In this document: positions 49,061 to 62,499 of the stretch, in pieces
Layout: each line of letters begins with the position of its first letter
Numbering within the stretch: position 1 is the stretch's first letter
Assembly: GCF_036321535.1 (NCBI RefSeq)
Contig: NC_087436.1
Coordinates: 13,082,001-13,146,000, forward strand
Direction of reading: 5' to 3'
Length of the DNA: 64,000 nucleotides
Origin: Camelus dromedarius
Lineage: Eukaryota
Translations under genes and position numbers: made by a program
The notes under the pieces: model-generated
What the model saw: the letters and a program-made list of their open reading frames with translations, nothing else
What the model was told of the DNA's origin: nothing
The model's database searches: none

Positions 49061-51185
49061 GATCTCATCCTATGATGTGAAAAACAAAGCAAAACAACAA
49101 AAGAGAGGCTGGTAGGTTGCAGGCAAGTTTTGAAGGACCTTATATACCATATACTGGAAATTGTACTCTAGTCTGTAAGCTATATAAAATTATCAGCATT
49201 GAGTGCATGTTCAGATCTTTATTTTTAAAAGATGTCTGGTGATGATGTCTTGCAGGACAGAGAACCAGCATCACACAGACTGGTTAAGCTAAACCACAGC
49301 TGTGAGAGGTCTGTTACGGGGAAGAAGCTGTGGGAATTCAAGGAGGGGTCATACTTACTAATTGATTCAGACACGAAATCTATAGGAACAAGGGGAGGAG
49401 GTAGTAAATGCTTCTGAAGTTTCCACGTGGGAAAAGCAAGAAGAAGACTCGACTGGGATTGGATTATTTTTTTTTCCTAAGCATTTTGAGTTTAAAGGGC
49501 CAGTGCAAGAGCAGAAGTAAAGATACATCTTTGGGAATTAAAAATAATGATCTGGCGCTCAGGAAAGAGATCTTCATTCAAGATTTAGATTTGGGATTCA
49601 TCCAGGGAAAATGTGTAAGATGGAATTACCTAGGGAGACCATATGAAATGGGAATTTGGGGGATTATCACCATTTGAGGGCCAGACAGAGCAAAAGGAGC
49701 CAGCAAAGTAGATTTATGGACTAGAAAGATAGGAGCAGAACCTGGAAAAGGTGGTTTCATGGAAACCAAGGAGAGAGGTTGGACTACATGAAAGGAAAAG
49801 CTTTCAGAATGTGTTTGGATTAGAATCTGCAAAAAATATTCCTTATTTTAAGGAGTTTGCAGGGAATAGACTTGTCCCAAATTGTTTTCTAACAAGATAA
49901 AGTACACACTATTGTATTTGTAGGTTGATTAATATGAAACTGTAAGGTTAATCGAAAACTCAAGTCAACAGATTGACTTGCATTAACAAAAACATTTTAC
50001 AGATTAAGTGAGGAAATAAAATGTCCTATAACAAATATGTACCAGGAACACCACAGGTTCCAGAAATCAAACAACTTCATGGTTATGAATTCCTGTCCTA
50101 GGTAGCATCCATAAATTTCAGAGACAGGAATTATAATTTATGATAAAAAGAAGTATCACATGTATAGATTTCAACTCAAATCACAAATTTGCCTTATTTG
50201 GCCAGTGTTCCAACAGGGCTTTTGTTCATTTTCCCTTCTGCCATCACCAGAATGCAAGTCCTCCTCAATGCTGTAAACTTCTGTCTGTGAACGAGGGCCA
50301 AAATGGTAGCCTTCGAGTGTTCATTTTCAAACATGTGGTAGGATTATTTCCTCTGTTGATTTCTCAATGGATGCCATTGTGACCTAGAATTTCTTTTCAT
50401 TTCAAACAAGGCTGAGTAAGCATTCTGAGGTTTATAATATTGAGGTCCACAACGGAGAGAGACCATTGCCTGGTGATGAGGAAGCTCTTGACGATCAAAT
50501 GTTGGACTGCCAGAATTCATCATTTGTCAGTGATATTTCATTCCCTACTTTCCATTTCTTGTGTGTGGGTTTATTTTTGTTGTTCCGTTTTTTCTGGGAG
50601 ATTCACTTAATTATAACCTTCTAAACTTTCTCTATTTTTGTTTTTTAGTTTAACATTTTTGGGATACTATATATATATTTTTTTTAATTTCCAAAAGCTC
50701 TTCCTTCATCTTTCAGCTTTTCCACAGCATTGTGTTCTTGTGTTACACATTATCTTAGAATTGTTTTTACATTGTCTTTTGCGCTTTCAACATCTCTGTG
50801 TCCTTTGGGTCTGTTTCTTCCCTTTGTCTATTTTATGCTCTCTTTTCCATGCTGGAGGCTTTCTGTAAGTAACTAATGATCCTTGGTTCTGAGCAAGGCA
50901 ACAGTGAAGTCAGAGTCTCTCTGTGGGCTTGTGGAACTCACTGACCAGCACACTTGGCTTTCAGATGAGCTAGAGAGGAACTTGACTGCTTTGCAGGATG
51001 ACATACAAATGACAGTGTATAGAGAGATTTTTTTTTTCCCTTTGGGAGGGGTTTTTATTCTCCAGGGACAGTCTCTTAGTGTTGCTCACCCTGAGTATGA
51101 ACATCGGACATAATTTTGCCTGGGATTGAAGAGAAATGGGCAAGGGGACTTGATTGTTCTGTATTTTGAATTTAAAATAATCTTT

Positions 51186-51391
51186 CTTTTTTTTAACATT
51201 TTTTATTGATTTATAATCATTTTACAATATTGTGTCAAATTCCAATGTAGAGCACAATTTTTCAGTTATACATGAACATACATATATTCATTGTCATATT
51301 TTTTTCTCTGAGCTACCCGCAAGATCTTGTATATATTTCCCTGTGCTATACAGTATAGTCTTGTTTATCTATTCTACAATTTTGAAATCCC
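51186..51391 (-). mobile_element. Short young LINE-1 3' end
   Basis: Homologous to 28800-29005 (ttttacaatattgtgtcaaattcc...ttttgaaatccc). Confidence 0.88.
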
Positions 51392-53534
51392 TATTTTTAG
51401 CCCAGTATCTCACACAGCCCTTTGCCATGTTTTGAGCTTATCCTTGGTTATGTGGGGTCAAATCTGTTTCTCACTCATTCTCTCATTCTTATCTCCCTCC
51501 AAATGCAGAATACCTTTTACTCCATAGTTTCTGCTGATCCACTAATCTGTAACTATCCCTCAATCTGCTTGCATTTTCCCGAAATTTGTTGAAACTTCTC
51601 ACCCATTCCACTCACTAATACCTTCTCCCATTTTCTTTTTAGCCTTAACATATACCTTACATTAAATTCCTTTGCCATCGTTAGAGTAGAATCTCCAGAG
51701 GAAGAGGAAATAAAACCTGTGTAGATATAGCCAGAAGTCAGAGCTCTTCCTTTGAGAGGTGTTACGATGCTGGCTGATACTTTTGTTTCTCTTCGAATTT
51801 CAGAAGGAACACTTAACTCTTGGGAGACACTTAATATAGTGTTGAGAGAGAGTTTTGAAAATTTTTCTACCACCATCTTCAGTATTAAGGCAGTCAGAAA
51901 AGACCCTACCTGGCCGAAGTCTCATTTAAAGTTTAACATGGTAAAAGAAGCGTCCCATCGTTGGGAGATAGAAGTAAGCTCTGAACTAGAATGAGACTGG
52001 TTTCATCTGGTCGGTTTCATGCAGAGTCTCTTTTGATTTCCTAATCAGGACAGCAGTCCTGGAACACGGAGCCAGTTGGACTGGCCACAACCAATAGTTA
52101 TACAAAGACTGCCAAGGAGCCGTCACAGAAAACTTGAAGTCTCATAGAAGTCATGTGTAGAATCTCAGGGGATCTACTTTCATTACTTTTCATTTGTTCT
52201 TCAAGCCACTGAGAAACTTTTTACTTGTCCTTTTGTTTTGAAATTGAATCGTATGTCTCTCTCTATCAAAGACTCTCACTTTTTTAACCTGACGTAGGCA
52301 TTACATAGGACCTCTGAAATCATAACACTGTGAAAATAAGGGCGGTTAGGGCTGTAGTGGAAAAGCCCACAGAGCCATAACTTTGATGTCTTGGCTGAGA
52401 CTTCAGTATGACATTGGGGAGGGCCACGCCGCAGGGGCAGAGAACATTATGAGTTGATTATTTTAGTAAAATTTTTCCATATGTACCTGACTTACGTTCA
52501 TGCTAACAAAACAAACTGTCCATGGGGAATTATTCCTAGACTCAGGAAATGTGAAATTCAAGTAGTTGTTTTTACTGATGTCCCAGCTTCCAACAGTGCA
52601 GAAGGCAGCCTGTGCGCTTTGTGAATGGTAGGTAAGCGGTGATCATTTGCTATTAACCAGAATTCAACCCAACAAAAGGTTAATGCTTATTTTACATCAT
52701 TTTAAAATTTAAAGTTGGATGATTAAGAACACTTATCAGATAAGCTAACAACATGTCCACTTCCATGACCTGGTTTCTCAAAAGATAGTATCACCAACTG
52801 ACTGATACTAATTCCACTGGTGAAATGGAGATCATCTTCTGACTGACAGCTTGCTTTATTAGTCAGCTGTCCTCCTGGAAGTCATCGTGTTTAGAGGGGA
52901 GTGCAAAGCTAATGATTACACATTAGGGTGTGATAGACACACAGTAAGAGAGGCATGTTGAAGAGTATCGTATAGAAGAGTGCAAGCTTTCCTGTCAACC
53001 AGGACCTGGGCTGGAATCTGGCTCTGGCATCTAATCGATTTATGATCTTGGATAAATTCTGAGAAACCAACACTCAACATATATTTAAAGAAAATCAAAT
53101 AAGGCTAGACATCTGCCCTCAAAGAACTAATGGGAGAGGCAGACAAATAAATCATTAAGAAGACAGGGTGAAGAAGAGCGTACCAGGTGCTATGCGATGG
53201 AGAGAGGGACATGAAATCAGATGAGAGGCCAGCGAGGGCTTACAGAGATGTGAGGGCGTAAGGACAGGATTCCAGGCAGAAGCCAGGCTGTAGCAGGTCA
53301 TGCGTGTGTGCTCAAGGCTTAGACTACCCTCTTGTAGACATGAAATGCCAAAGAAAGGTTTTAAACAGGGGAGTCAAATTTTCAAACCGAGATTTTAGAT
53401 AGAACAGTTGAATGTGGAGGATGAATAGAAATCGGATGAGACTTGCAGTAGGAAGATTGGTGAGTAACAAACACTCCAGTGGAGAAAAGATATAATGAAC
53501 ACACAGCATGCCAGGTAATGATGAGGGTATGGGG

Positions 53535-53652
53535 CTACAGTGATCAATGCATCCTAGATTGTCTGGGACTGTCCTGCTTTTAAAAAAATAATAAAGTCCC
53601 ATGTCAGGAAACCTTTCAGTTCCTGTAAAGCAGGATGTCCGATTAGCCCATC
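53535..53652. mobile_element. Small hAT-type MITE remnant (MER96-like, tentative) inside L2 fragments spanning about 53090-53830
   Basis: gtgatcaatgcatcctagattgtctgggactgtcctgc...aaagtcccatgtcaggaaacc...gcaggatg has degenerate inverted symmetry. Confidence 0.4.
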
Positions 53653-54440
53653 TGAGGCTCTGAAGGTAGGAGTGAAGTAGATGGGGACACTGATCCAGGT
53701 GATATTCAGGTAATAAAATCTATAAGACTCATAACTAGTTGGGTGTTGTTAAGGTGGTGACAAAGGGAGAAGTTGAAAATGCTAATAAGGTTTCTAAGTT
53801 GGTTGCTGGAATAACTGGTTGTACCATCATCCAAGAGAGATTGGATCACTATGTGCAGATCATGGACTTTGAACTTTGCTTTACAGTCCTAGTCAATTAC
53901 ACATCTGTCGTATGTGTATTCTTCATGGCAGTGCCCTTTCTGCAGTTCTGATTCTACAATTTTGATTGACGTGCAGTTTGGATCTGAAAAAAACAATACA
54001 AAGCAATCTTTTAGTGGCTCTATGTTTTGTTGGTGCAGTAAAATGGAAATATGTAGCAATATCCAGGCCATGTGTGGCGGGGTGGAGGCAGTCCACTTAT
54101 CCAAAGAGCAGGTTTTGGTGTTTTACTTTTTAGGTTGTTCTTAGTAGGGAAGGACTGAATTTTACCCTGTGTCTCCCAGAAAGAGTTCGTTCATTTTCAG
54201 CACTTCATGACCCCCTGGTGGCTCACTGGATTTGATTCCCTAAATATACCCAAAATAGATCAATTTCAGGCTACCATTTTATAAAATAAGTTTTAAGTGA
54301 TGCCATTTAGAAAAGCCAGAGGGAGAAATAAAAGTAGCTAGTCAGCTCATTTTTAAATTTTCAACTGGATATCTGATATTCATGTTGTTTTCTTATTCTC
54401 TGGATGATGGATAACATTCCTCAATTCTTTTCCAAACCAG

Positions 54441-54571
54441 CTTGATTGTGCAAGCCACAGATAAAGGGAGACCCAGGCTTTCTGGTACAAGTGTGATTGA
54501 GATACAGGTGACTGATACAAATGACAATGCTCCGGAATTTCTCCCCTCTGAAGCAGTGGAAATTGCAGAAA
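54441..54571 (+). CDS. DCHS2: DCHS2 coding exon E (131 nt, phase 2-1)
   Basis: Acceptor ttccaaaccag|CTTGATT and donor GCAGAAA|gtaagt. Translates LIVQATDKGRPRLSGTSVIEIQVTDTNDNAPEFLPSEAVEIAE. Confidence 0.93.
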
Positions 54572-56425
54572 GTAAGTGTGGTGATTCAACATAGTGGTTT
54601 TGAGTAACTTGTATATTATTATCTACCATTTTTTTTTCAACCAGGTGCTATGTTAGTTATGAGTTCCGATTCTCAACAACCACAACATAAATAGTTTTTG
54701 CCTTCATTTTACAGAATAAAAAATGATGGTCAAAAGTTAAATAGCGAATGTCAAAGGAGTTAAATGTTAAAAGTTGGGATTTGCATACAAATCAGCGGGA
54801 GGCCAGTTTCCCAAGGTCAAACCACCACTCCACATAGCTTCTTTTTTGTGTATGGACATTTCTCAAAAGTGAGCTCTACTCCATGAAGAAGCATCTTCTG
54901 TTGACTGTGATGATCACCCTGAAGCTCCCCTGCGAGGAAGCGGTGTTCTTGGGCTGATAACTCTGTCAGTCTGTGCAGGACACTAACGACAAGTCATAAG
55001 TGGAGGAGCTGGGTGTTCCTTGCACAAAGTTACCATTTTCCTCTAGTATAAACTGAACATCAACAATTGCAGAAAATTTTTACCATGTAAATGGTAGAGG
55101 TTGAAAATACAGAATTTTACGTGATATGCTGATTAATCTTAATTGCTTGGGTCTCTGGCTTGTATGAGGACTCAGTAGTCTATGATTTCAAATCTGCCTA
55201 TGGTCAACAGCTGTACTGTTGGTCAAACCCAACCCAGCTTTTTAGAGTTGAAGTTGCAAACAGTGGCCTCTCTCCTTTCACTCTTAATATCCAACATATT
55301 CCTAAAGTGTGCCTAACATTTTGTTATGTTCCATTTCTGAACAAATTATAAACATCCCATCTCACAGAGGGCTGTATTCCAGAAACTTCTCCATAAAAGG
55401 ATATCTACGAATATTTTAAATATTCTAAAATAGCCTACCAATAAAAAAAAAAATTGCTCATTTTTGCCTCTCACTTGTTTCATCTATTTTCATTGGCTTT
55501 TACTGAAGGTACTATTCTAAAGCACATGCATTGGAATCAAAATGCAGCAATGTGCCCAGTGTAAATACAGCATAAGGACAAACTGAATAAATCAAAACAT
55601 GCTAAATGAGGTCAGATGCGGTTGGAATACTCAGACTTGAAAGATGAAAATTAGGACTCTCACACACAGTGGAACTATTCTGAAGGTCTTGGCATCTTCT
55701 ATGCACCTGCAGTGTACCCTAGCAGCTTCAAAACAAAGTCCTTTTCATGGCGGTTTAGGGTCGAGAACACACATGGCATGTGAGACATTTACCGTGTCAT
55801 CTATTTTGTGAGTTTGTTTTTGGTGAATAACATTAGAGATCTGATTTCATTACTAGTATGATGTATACTTTCTATAGATAATTTTGATAATTTTGAAAGT
55901 CAGATTTTAAGAGAAAGAACCAGTATGTGCCACTCAGAAGAAATTATTTTACAAAAATAAATACAAGGAACTAAATATCTATCTCTAACTTCAGTATCCA
56001 AATATTTTTGTTTAAATCTGGCCTACTTCTCAAAATTTTACATTTTGTATTAACGTTTTGAGTCGTAATGTTCCCAACGCACATCCCCCATGAATATATG
56101 ATTTGGATACAGAAACTAGATAGTGGCTTAGAATGTGTCTTGGTCCTGGAATTGTGTTATAAACAGATGATGAAAAGTGTAATATAAAAATTGAATCTAC
56201 CCTCCCTCCTCAGTTCCCTACTCAGTGGTAAATTTTCACTTTTATTGGGCTTATAAATTCTTCAGCCTTTTTGTTTGTTCGTCACGAGTCTTGTATGAGA
56301 AATCATGCCAAGAAATGGCAAACCATGTTGAACTTAAAATAAAAATGCTTGGATTGAGCTATTAAAGAAAAGTATTTCAAAGGATGAATTTTAATGGGGA
56401 CTGACATTGGTCCTGACTGTTTCAG

Positions 56426-56712
56426 ATTCTTTGCCTGGTGTAATTGTGACTCGGATATCAGTTCATGATGTAGATTCGAATCCAGCTTTCATCTTTAGTT
56501 TCGTCAAAGAGAGTAATCCTGGAACCAAGTTTGCTGTTGATCGGAACACAGGAGTAGTGGTGTTAGTGAAAACGCTGGATTTTGAAGAGGCTACTGAATA
56601 TGAGCTGCAGGTTCAAATTTCTGACTTGGTGCATCACACCGAGGGGACCCTCATCGTCCATGTGCTGGACATCAATGATAATGCACCAGTGTTTTCTCAA
56701 GACTCTTACCAG
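56426..56712 (+). CDS. DCHS2: DCHS2 coding exon F (287 nt, phase 1-0)
   Basis: Acceptor ctgtttcag|ATTCT and donor TACCAG|gtaaag. Translates SLPGVIVTRISVHDVD...LDFEE...DINDNAPVFSQDSYQ. Confidence 0.94.
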
Positions 56713-57666
56713 GTAAAGAGCTTAAAGGGATGCTGAAACCGTAGCCCAAACTAAAAAGACTAGGAAGTGATGTCAACCTACCTCTGTTAACAGGCTGATT
56801 TCGACAGACAGTATTCACTGCTTTCCCTGCCTAAGAGGATGCTGAGAGTTTTGTGTTTAATACATGGAGGATAGAAGTACATATGGGATTGACTCTGTCA
56901 TTCAGTTTCTTAAATATGTATCACATGTCATCATATGAATTTATGTCACCATTTTTCTAGTGCTGAGGGATTGGGATCTAGTTGTTTATAATAACTGGAA
57001 CTCACCTGATATTTGCAAACCCACAGATAAGACAATCAGGTAGTTTGGATTATCTGCAGTTCATTTGGTAAAATTTTTTCTTTCCTAGGCATGTTTTTCA
57101 ATATATTGATTAACATTTTGCAGAAAAGAATCATGAAGAAAACTGCAAAGTGGAAATTGTAGATTTTGGAGCATAGTATATGTTTACAGAAGTAAGGACA
57201 ATTGACCGCATTCAGTTAAGGACTTGAAAATTGGCCCCAGGACTTTTGAATGTGACAAATGCAAGATTGACCTGTAAAGACAGGAGAAAAAACTAACCTC
57301 AGTAATGGTCTTCTGTGAAGGCTTGTTAAATTATCCAATGTACACAATTATCCAGTGTACAGTGTAATAATACATTAGTGAACATATTAGTTATTCTCTA
57401 CCATGCAGAAATAATTCAGAAGGAAATTTTTTTCATAATAAAGATTAAAATTGAATGAAAAATTTTAAATGTTGTTTTCCTGACTTCTGGAACTACTAAT
57501 ACAATCTTCCTACTATGGCAATGCTGTAAGTGAATACACCTAACACAGTCAGGTTCTCTGTATTTTCCGTAAGCAAAATGAATAAAATGGTTTCGTGTTC
57601 CGGCCCCGCTCATGAAAAGAGCTACAGCCTTTAAGCACAATGTCCATCTCTCTCCTTTTCCCCCAG

Positions 57667-57799
57667 GTCACTGTTCCTGAATCAGTGCCTGTGGGGTACC
57701 CGGTGCTGACCGTGGCGGCCACAGATGTGGAAAGCAACGAGAACATTTCCTACAGGATCCTTCCCTCTTCTAAGACATTTTCAGTTGATCCTACAAATG
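57667..57799 (+). CDS. DCHS2: DCHS2 coding exon G (133 nt, phase 0-1)
   Basis: Acceptor ccttttcccccag|GTCACT and donor AAATG|gtgagt. Translates VTVPESVPVGYPVLTVAATDVESNENISYRILPSSKTFSVDPTN. Confidence 0.94.
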
Positions 57800-58607
57800 G
57801 TGAGTTGTTTGGAGTGGCTTTAGTGTTCATAGGTTAGAGCTACAGGCTGGAAACTGGAAGGAATCCTTTCCAAATGTGTCTAAAATAGGACATCCCCCCA
57901 ACCCACTGGTATCATAGACACCCCCTTCCTATTTCTTTTCACGTCAAATGCTGTGGTAGCAAATCCCTGTTCCATTTCTCTCCTCCAACATCTCAATGGC
58001 TGGAAAGCCAAAGGAGTTGATTCAATGCTGGCACATGCGCAGAAGTTCAGGGACCTCAACAGAGTAAACACCAGTCCATCAGGCCAGTGAATTATCCCAG
58101 TTCCCAACAAGAATCAAAATGAAGTTGAAGGTGTTCATTTAGAATGGAGAACTTCATGTTACCAGAGTTTGGAAGCTTTTTTTTCCCCAAGCCAAGTATA
58201 AGAAGTTCAGTCATGGCATCATATATTCAACAAGGACCCAAAAAACTGAAAAAGGAAAATGATTTGAGCATCTCTCCAAAGTGAAAATCATTGAGGATGT
58301 TCTGGTGTACTTGACGCCTTCCAAGGCTCTTTGAATTTTTATCAGAGATGAAGACATTTGCGGTTGTGAAATGGATTCAGGCAGGTAGATGCATCCAGTG
58401 TAGAAAGGTTAAGCATCGTATAGAGAAATGTTAACAGGGAGTAGACATTCAAGCTAAGTTTGATAAAGATGAACAACTAGCAAAGCCCTGTCCCTAGCAG
58501 AGCACACTCCAGAAAAGAGCAGGGCCTGGGACGTGTCACACTGGGTGTCCCCGTCTCCACCCACCACTGCATCATTTCACGAGTGAGAGCTGATTTAAAA
58601 GTTAGCC

Positions 58608-58735
58608 TCTGGGTGATGGTGTTAACTAGCTTTACTGTGCTGATCATTTTGCATCATACACAAATATCGAATCCTTATGCTGTGCACCTGAAACGAATAC
58701 AATTTTATGCCAATTATATTCTCAATTTAAAAAAG
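58608..58735 (+). mobile_element. LINE-1 extreme 3'-end fragment
   Basis: gtgatggtgttaactag...tgatcattttgca...tgtgcacctgaaacgaatacaattttatgccaattat. Confidence 0.75.
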
Positions 58736-59632
58736 AACCTCAGGATTACCTAAAGGGAGAATTTAGTCACAGAACACCAGTCTGAGGCCCTCGGAATGTT
58801 GTGACAGGAAGAGGTAGGCAATGTCCCCACACAGCTGGTGGGACTTTTCCTTGCTCTGCATTATCAACAAACTTCACAATAAGACTCGATCAGATTCTTG
58901 ATTAGAATCTTTTTAAAATATTAAATATTACCCAGTCAGTTTAGTTCATGGTTCACTCTAACTGAAATGTGGCATTTAAATGATAGTATTTTGTATTCTT
59001 TCTTAGAGACCATCCTTAAAACACATCTTTACCTTAGAAAAATACCATTACAGACATATACAAATTATATATTTCTATATTTAAAATGATAAATGTATTA
59101 AGTATATTTCATCAATAGAGGAAAAATCCACTGGCTGAATTAGCCAAGAGCTTTAGGAAAGACATCTCTAGAATTAAGCAGTAGTTGTAACCTACATGAT
59201 CATATTGACTACTTTCATTTGACTAGAATGATTGTCATCCAGTGTTTTCAGAATAAATATCTTTATGCCAGAATGTCTCTATACATGTGTCTGTGGGTGA
59301 TAGATTGAGGTATATATTATTAAATAAGAGTACATTTTCTTTAAAAAGTAATATAAAATTACTTTTATATAAAATACAAAAATAAAATTGAAAAAAATTT
59401 GTGGCAAGGTCATCTTCAAGTAGCACACATATGCAATAGAGTGAATATTATTTCTGAATCTTAAGTGTTACAAAAGTATAAATGTAGTAATTTAAATTTT
59501 CTATTTGGAGTTACTCTTGGTTGTCACTTTAACACAACTAAACAAATTTTACATATTAGTGAATATTTGCTGACTAAAAGAAACATGAAAATTTTATTTC
59601 ACCATGTTGAAAATTTATGTCTTGTTTTTCAG

Positions 59633-62256
59633 GCACAATATTTACCATCAATCCTGTCTTACTTCTGGATAGAAAATCAACCATTCGATTTCTTGTTGAA
59701 GCCAGTGACGGCGGAATTCCTGACCTGAGGGCTGTTACCTTAGTGGAGATAGAAATACAAGATAGGAACGATTTTGCCCCTGAGTTTGCAAGAGACTATT
59801 ATAACCTTAGCTTGAGTGAAGACACCGCAGTTGGAGGCACACTTGTCACCTTTTCAACCATTGACCATGACTGGACCCGTGAAAACATGCACGTTGAATA
59901 TTCCATCATCAGTGGTAACTCACAGAACAGCTTCCACGTGGAGACAAGTTTCATTCATTCCGAGGGTTCTTACAAGCCAGTTGGTTATCTGGTGTTGCAT
60001 CACAGCCTGGACAGAGAAGCAGCCGCCAGTCACAAGCTGGTCATTCTGGCGTCTGACCACGGCTGCCCTCCACTGAGCTCCTCAGCCACCGTGTCAATAG
60101 AAGTACTCGACGTGGATGATAACCCCCCTACGTTCAGCAGCCTGGAGTATCATGCCCACGTCAAAGAAAGCACCCCTCCAGGGAGTCCCATCACTGTGGT
60201 CTCAGCAAATGACCGCGACGTGGCTTCCCACGCAGAAATCACCTACCACCTGCTCTCTGGAAATGAGAAGGGGCATTTTCGCTTGGAAGAAAAAACCGGA
60301 GTTCTTTATTTGATTAAACTGCTGGATTATGAAGAAACAGTAAAATTCACTTTAACCGTCCAAGCTTCTAATAAAGAAAAGAAGCATTTTTCTTTTGCAA
60401 TTGTGTTCATCAGTGTCCTTGATGACAATGACCATGCACCTCAGTTTATGTTCCCCAGCTTAAACTGTGTCGTTCCTGAAAATCGGCCTGTCTTCTCCAC
60501 CATCTGTTCTGTAAACGCTTTGGATTTTGACACAGGTCCTTATGGAGAACTGACCTATTCTATTGTATCACCCTGCTCTGTCCCTCCCGAGGTGCCTCAC
60601 GGCCGTGATCTCTTCCTCATTGACCCTTTAACAGGGGATATTCATGCTAAGCAAGACCTTGACTATGAAAATGACCAAAAATACTGCCTCACAGTTCAGG
60701 CAAAAGACAAGGGGGACTCCACAGCCTCCATAATGGTTTGGGTGGATATTGAAGGAATAGATGAGTTTGAACCCATTTTCACTCAGGATCAATATTTTTT
60801 CAACCTCCCCGAAAAGAATAACGTAAGGCAGTTGATTGGCAGAGTGGAAGCATCAGATGGAGACGCTGGTATCGACGGAGTTATTCTTTACTCCCTCGAA
60901 ACCCCATCTCCTTTCTTTTCAATAAATAAAACTACTGGAAATATTTATTTGAGTCGAGCCCTTCCCCTAATAAAAAGTCAAGTCAGCAAAGAAGACACCA
61001 TTGAAATGAAAATAATTGCTCGTAGCCCCAAACCAGACTCCAAGTTTGCATCGTGTACTGTTTTTGTGAATGTGTCTTTCTCCTTGGAAGGAAAACACTC
61101 AGCAGGATCCGCTAACAGCTTTTCCATCAGTCTCATAGTCTCCTTTTTAGCGTTTCTGTTACTCATCTTCATTCTCCTCGTGCTGATTTTAAGACATAAA
61201 CCAAAAGATGCAGTAAACAATTATGAAGAAAAGAAAACATCGTCATCCTTGGATATCCATTTGAGACCAGCCGGGGAAGCCACTGTGCTCCAGCCCTTCC
61301 AGGACACTAATGAGTACGGGAATGAGGTGGTGCCCGTGGACTCCATGCCTGAATGGTTGAGTTTAATAAGAATCATGGAGAAGGACATTGCAGATCTGTA
61401 CAGGCACTCAAACTCCAGTGGCCACTGTTCTGTGGAAGGAGAAACTGCAGAAGATAAGGAAATCCAGAGGATCAACGATCACCCTTACAGAAAGGACTCT
61501 GACTCAGCTCTGAGTGATCGGGAGTCCAGGGTGCCAGATTCAGGAATCCCAAGGGACTCAGACCAGCTCTCCTGTTTGTCTGGAGAAACTGATGTGGTGG
61601 TCACCACTGAAATAGCAGATGCCAACCATCCATTTGAGGAAGGAGACCAAGGAGAAGGCTGTGGTGCAACCTATGTTCAAAATAATGTGTTACTCCCGCC
61701 GCTAAAGAAGAGAGAGGGAAAAGAAGGCATCCTGGCTGACATCAGAAAAGAGGTCACCTTTATTTCGGGTGATCAGGAAGCGGGATGTGCAGCTCCTTCA
61801 GCCCAGAGAAACTCTGATCATGATGTCAGAAGCAGCTATCACTGGGATTGTCTCCTCAGCTGGGAACCCAAGTTCCAACCTCTTGCCTCAGTATTTAATG
61901 ATATTGCAAAACTAAAGGATGAGCATTTACATATGCCTGACATTCCAAAAGAGAAATCTTTTGTTTTTCCACCACCTTTGATAACAGCAGTAGCCCAGCC
62001 TGGGATTAAAGCAGTGCCACCAAGAATGCCAACCATAACCCTGGGTCAGGTACTTCAGAAATACCCACACTCCCCCATTCACTACCATCACAATTCTCAG
62101 CCGGAAGCCATGACTCCCAGTTTTTCTCCATCCCTTTCCCTACTGACTGCGCAGACCCCCGTCGTGACTCCACTGCTGTCGGATGGAGGGTTATTAGGAA
62201 CACAGCTGAGGGGTACCCACCATGAACTTAAAGCAGCAGATGAAGTTCAAATATAA
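59633..62256 (+). CDS. DCHS2: DCHS2 terminal coding exon H: last cadherin repeats, transmembrane helix (about 61126-61191) and cytoplasmic tail, stop TAA at 62254-62256
   Basis: Acceptor ttgtttttcag|GCACAATA, phase 1, inside the 879-aa ORF. Contains cadherin motifs, the hydrophobic run ISLIVSFLAFLLLIFILLVLIL followed by RHK, the Dachsous motifs SSGHCSVEGETAEDKEIQRIN, WDCLLSWEPKFQPLASVFNDIAKLKDE and PPPLIT, and the C-terminus DEVQI. Confidence 0.97.
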
Positions 62257-62493
62257 AACAACTGTGATGTCAAGCTCCTGCTCTCCCTTGGTCGTGAATG
62301 ATTGGACGAAACATTCCCAAGCAAGTTTCTCGAGATTGAGTTCATTTATGTACGAGTGAGTGGTATAATTTAGTCTGGGTTTTTAGAACCCCCTCGTTTA
62401 AGTTCATCAAATTTATTCCAGCCTTAATGAGAAGTTACCCTGGCTTTTAACCTTTATGTTTTGCTCTCAGGACTCAAGACTGTATATATATAT

Positions 62494-62499
62494 ATTAAA
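62494..62499 (+). terminator. Candidate polyadenylation signal ATTAAA in the DCHS2 3' UTR (a second ATTAAA lies at 63071-63076)
   Basis: Preceded by TGTA and (TA)n, followed by GT/T-rich sequence. I found no AATAAA between the stop codon and the window end. Confidence 0.4.

Noticed and set aside
51553..51994. ORFs of 107 aa (minus) and 80 aa (plus) in apparently unique intronic DNA
   Set aside because: No cadherin or other motif, non-ATG starts, and exons D and E already join in frame without it.
52540..52700. Possible conserved non-coding element or cryptic donor (gtag|gtaagc at about 52630) with SOX-like motifs
   Set aside because: No convincing upstream acceptor, and conservation cannot be judged without alignments.
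8183..62256. DCHS2 pseudogenisation or missing exons
   Set aside because: All eight exons are open, GT-AG bounded and phase-compatible, giving one continuous frame to the normal C-terminus.
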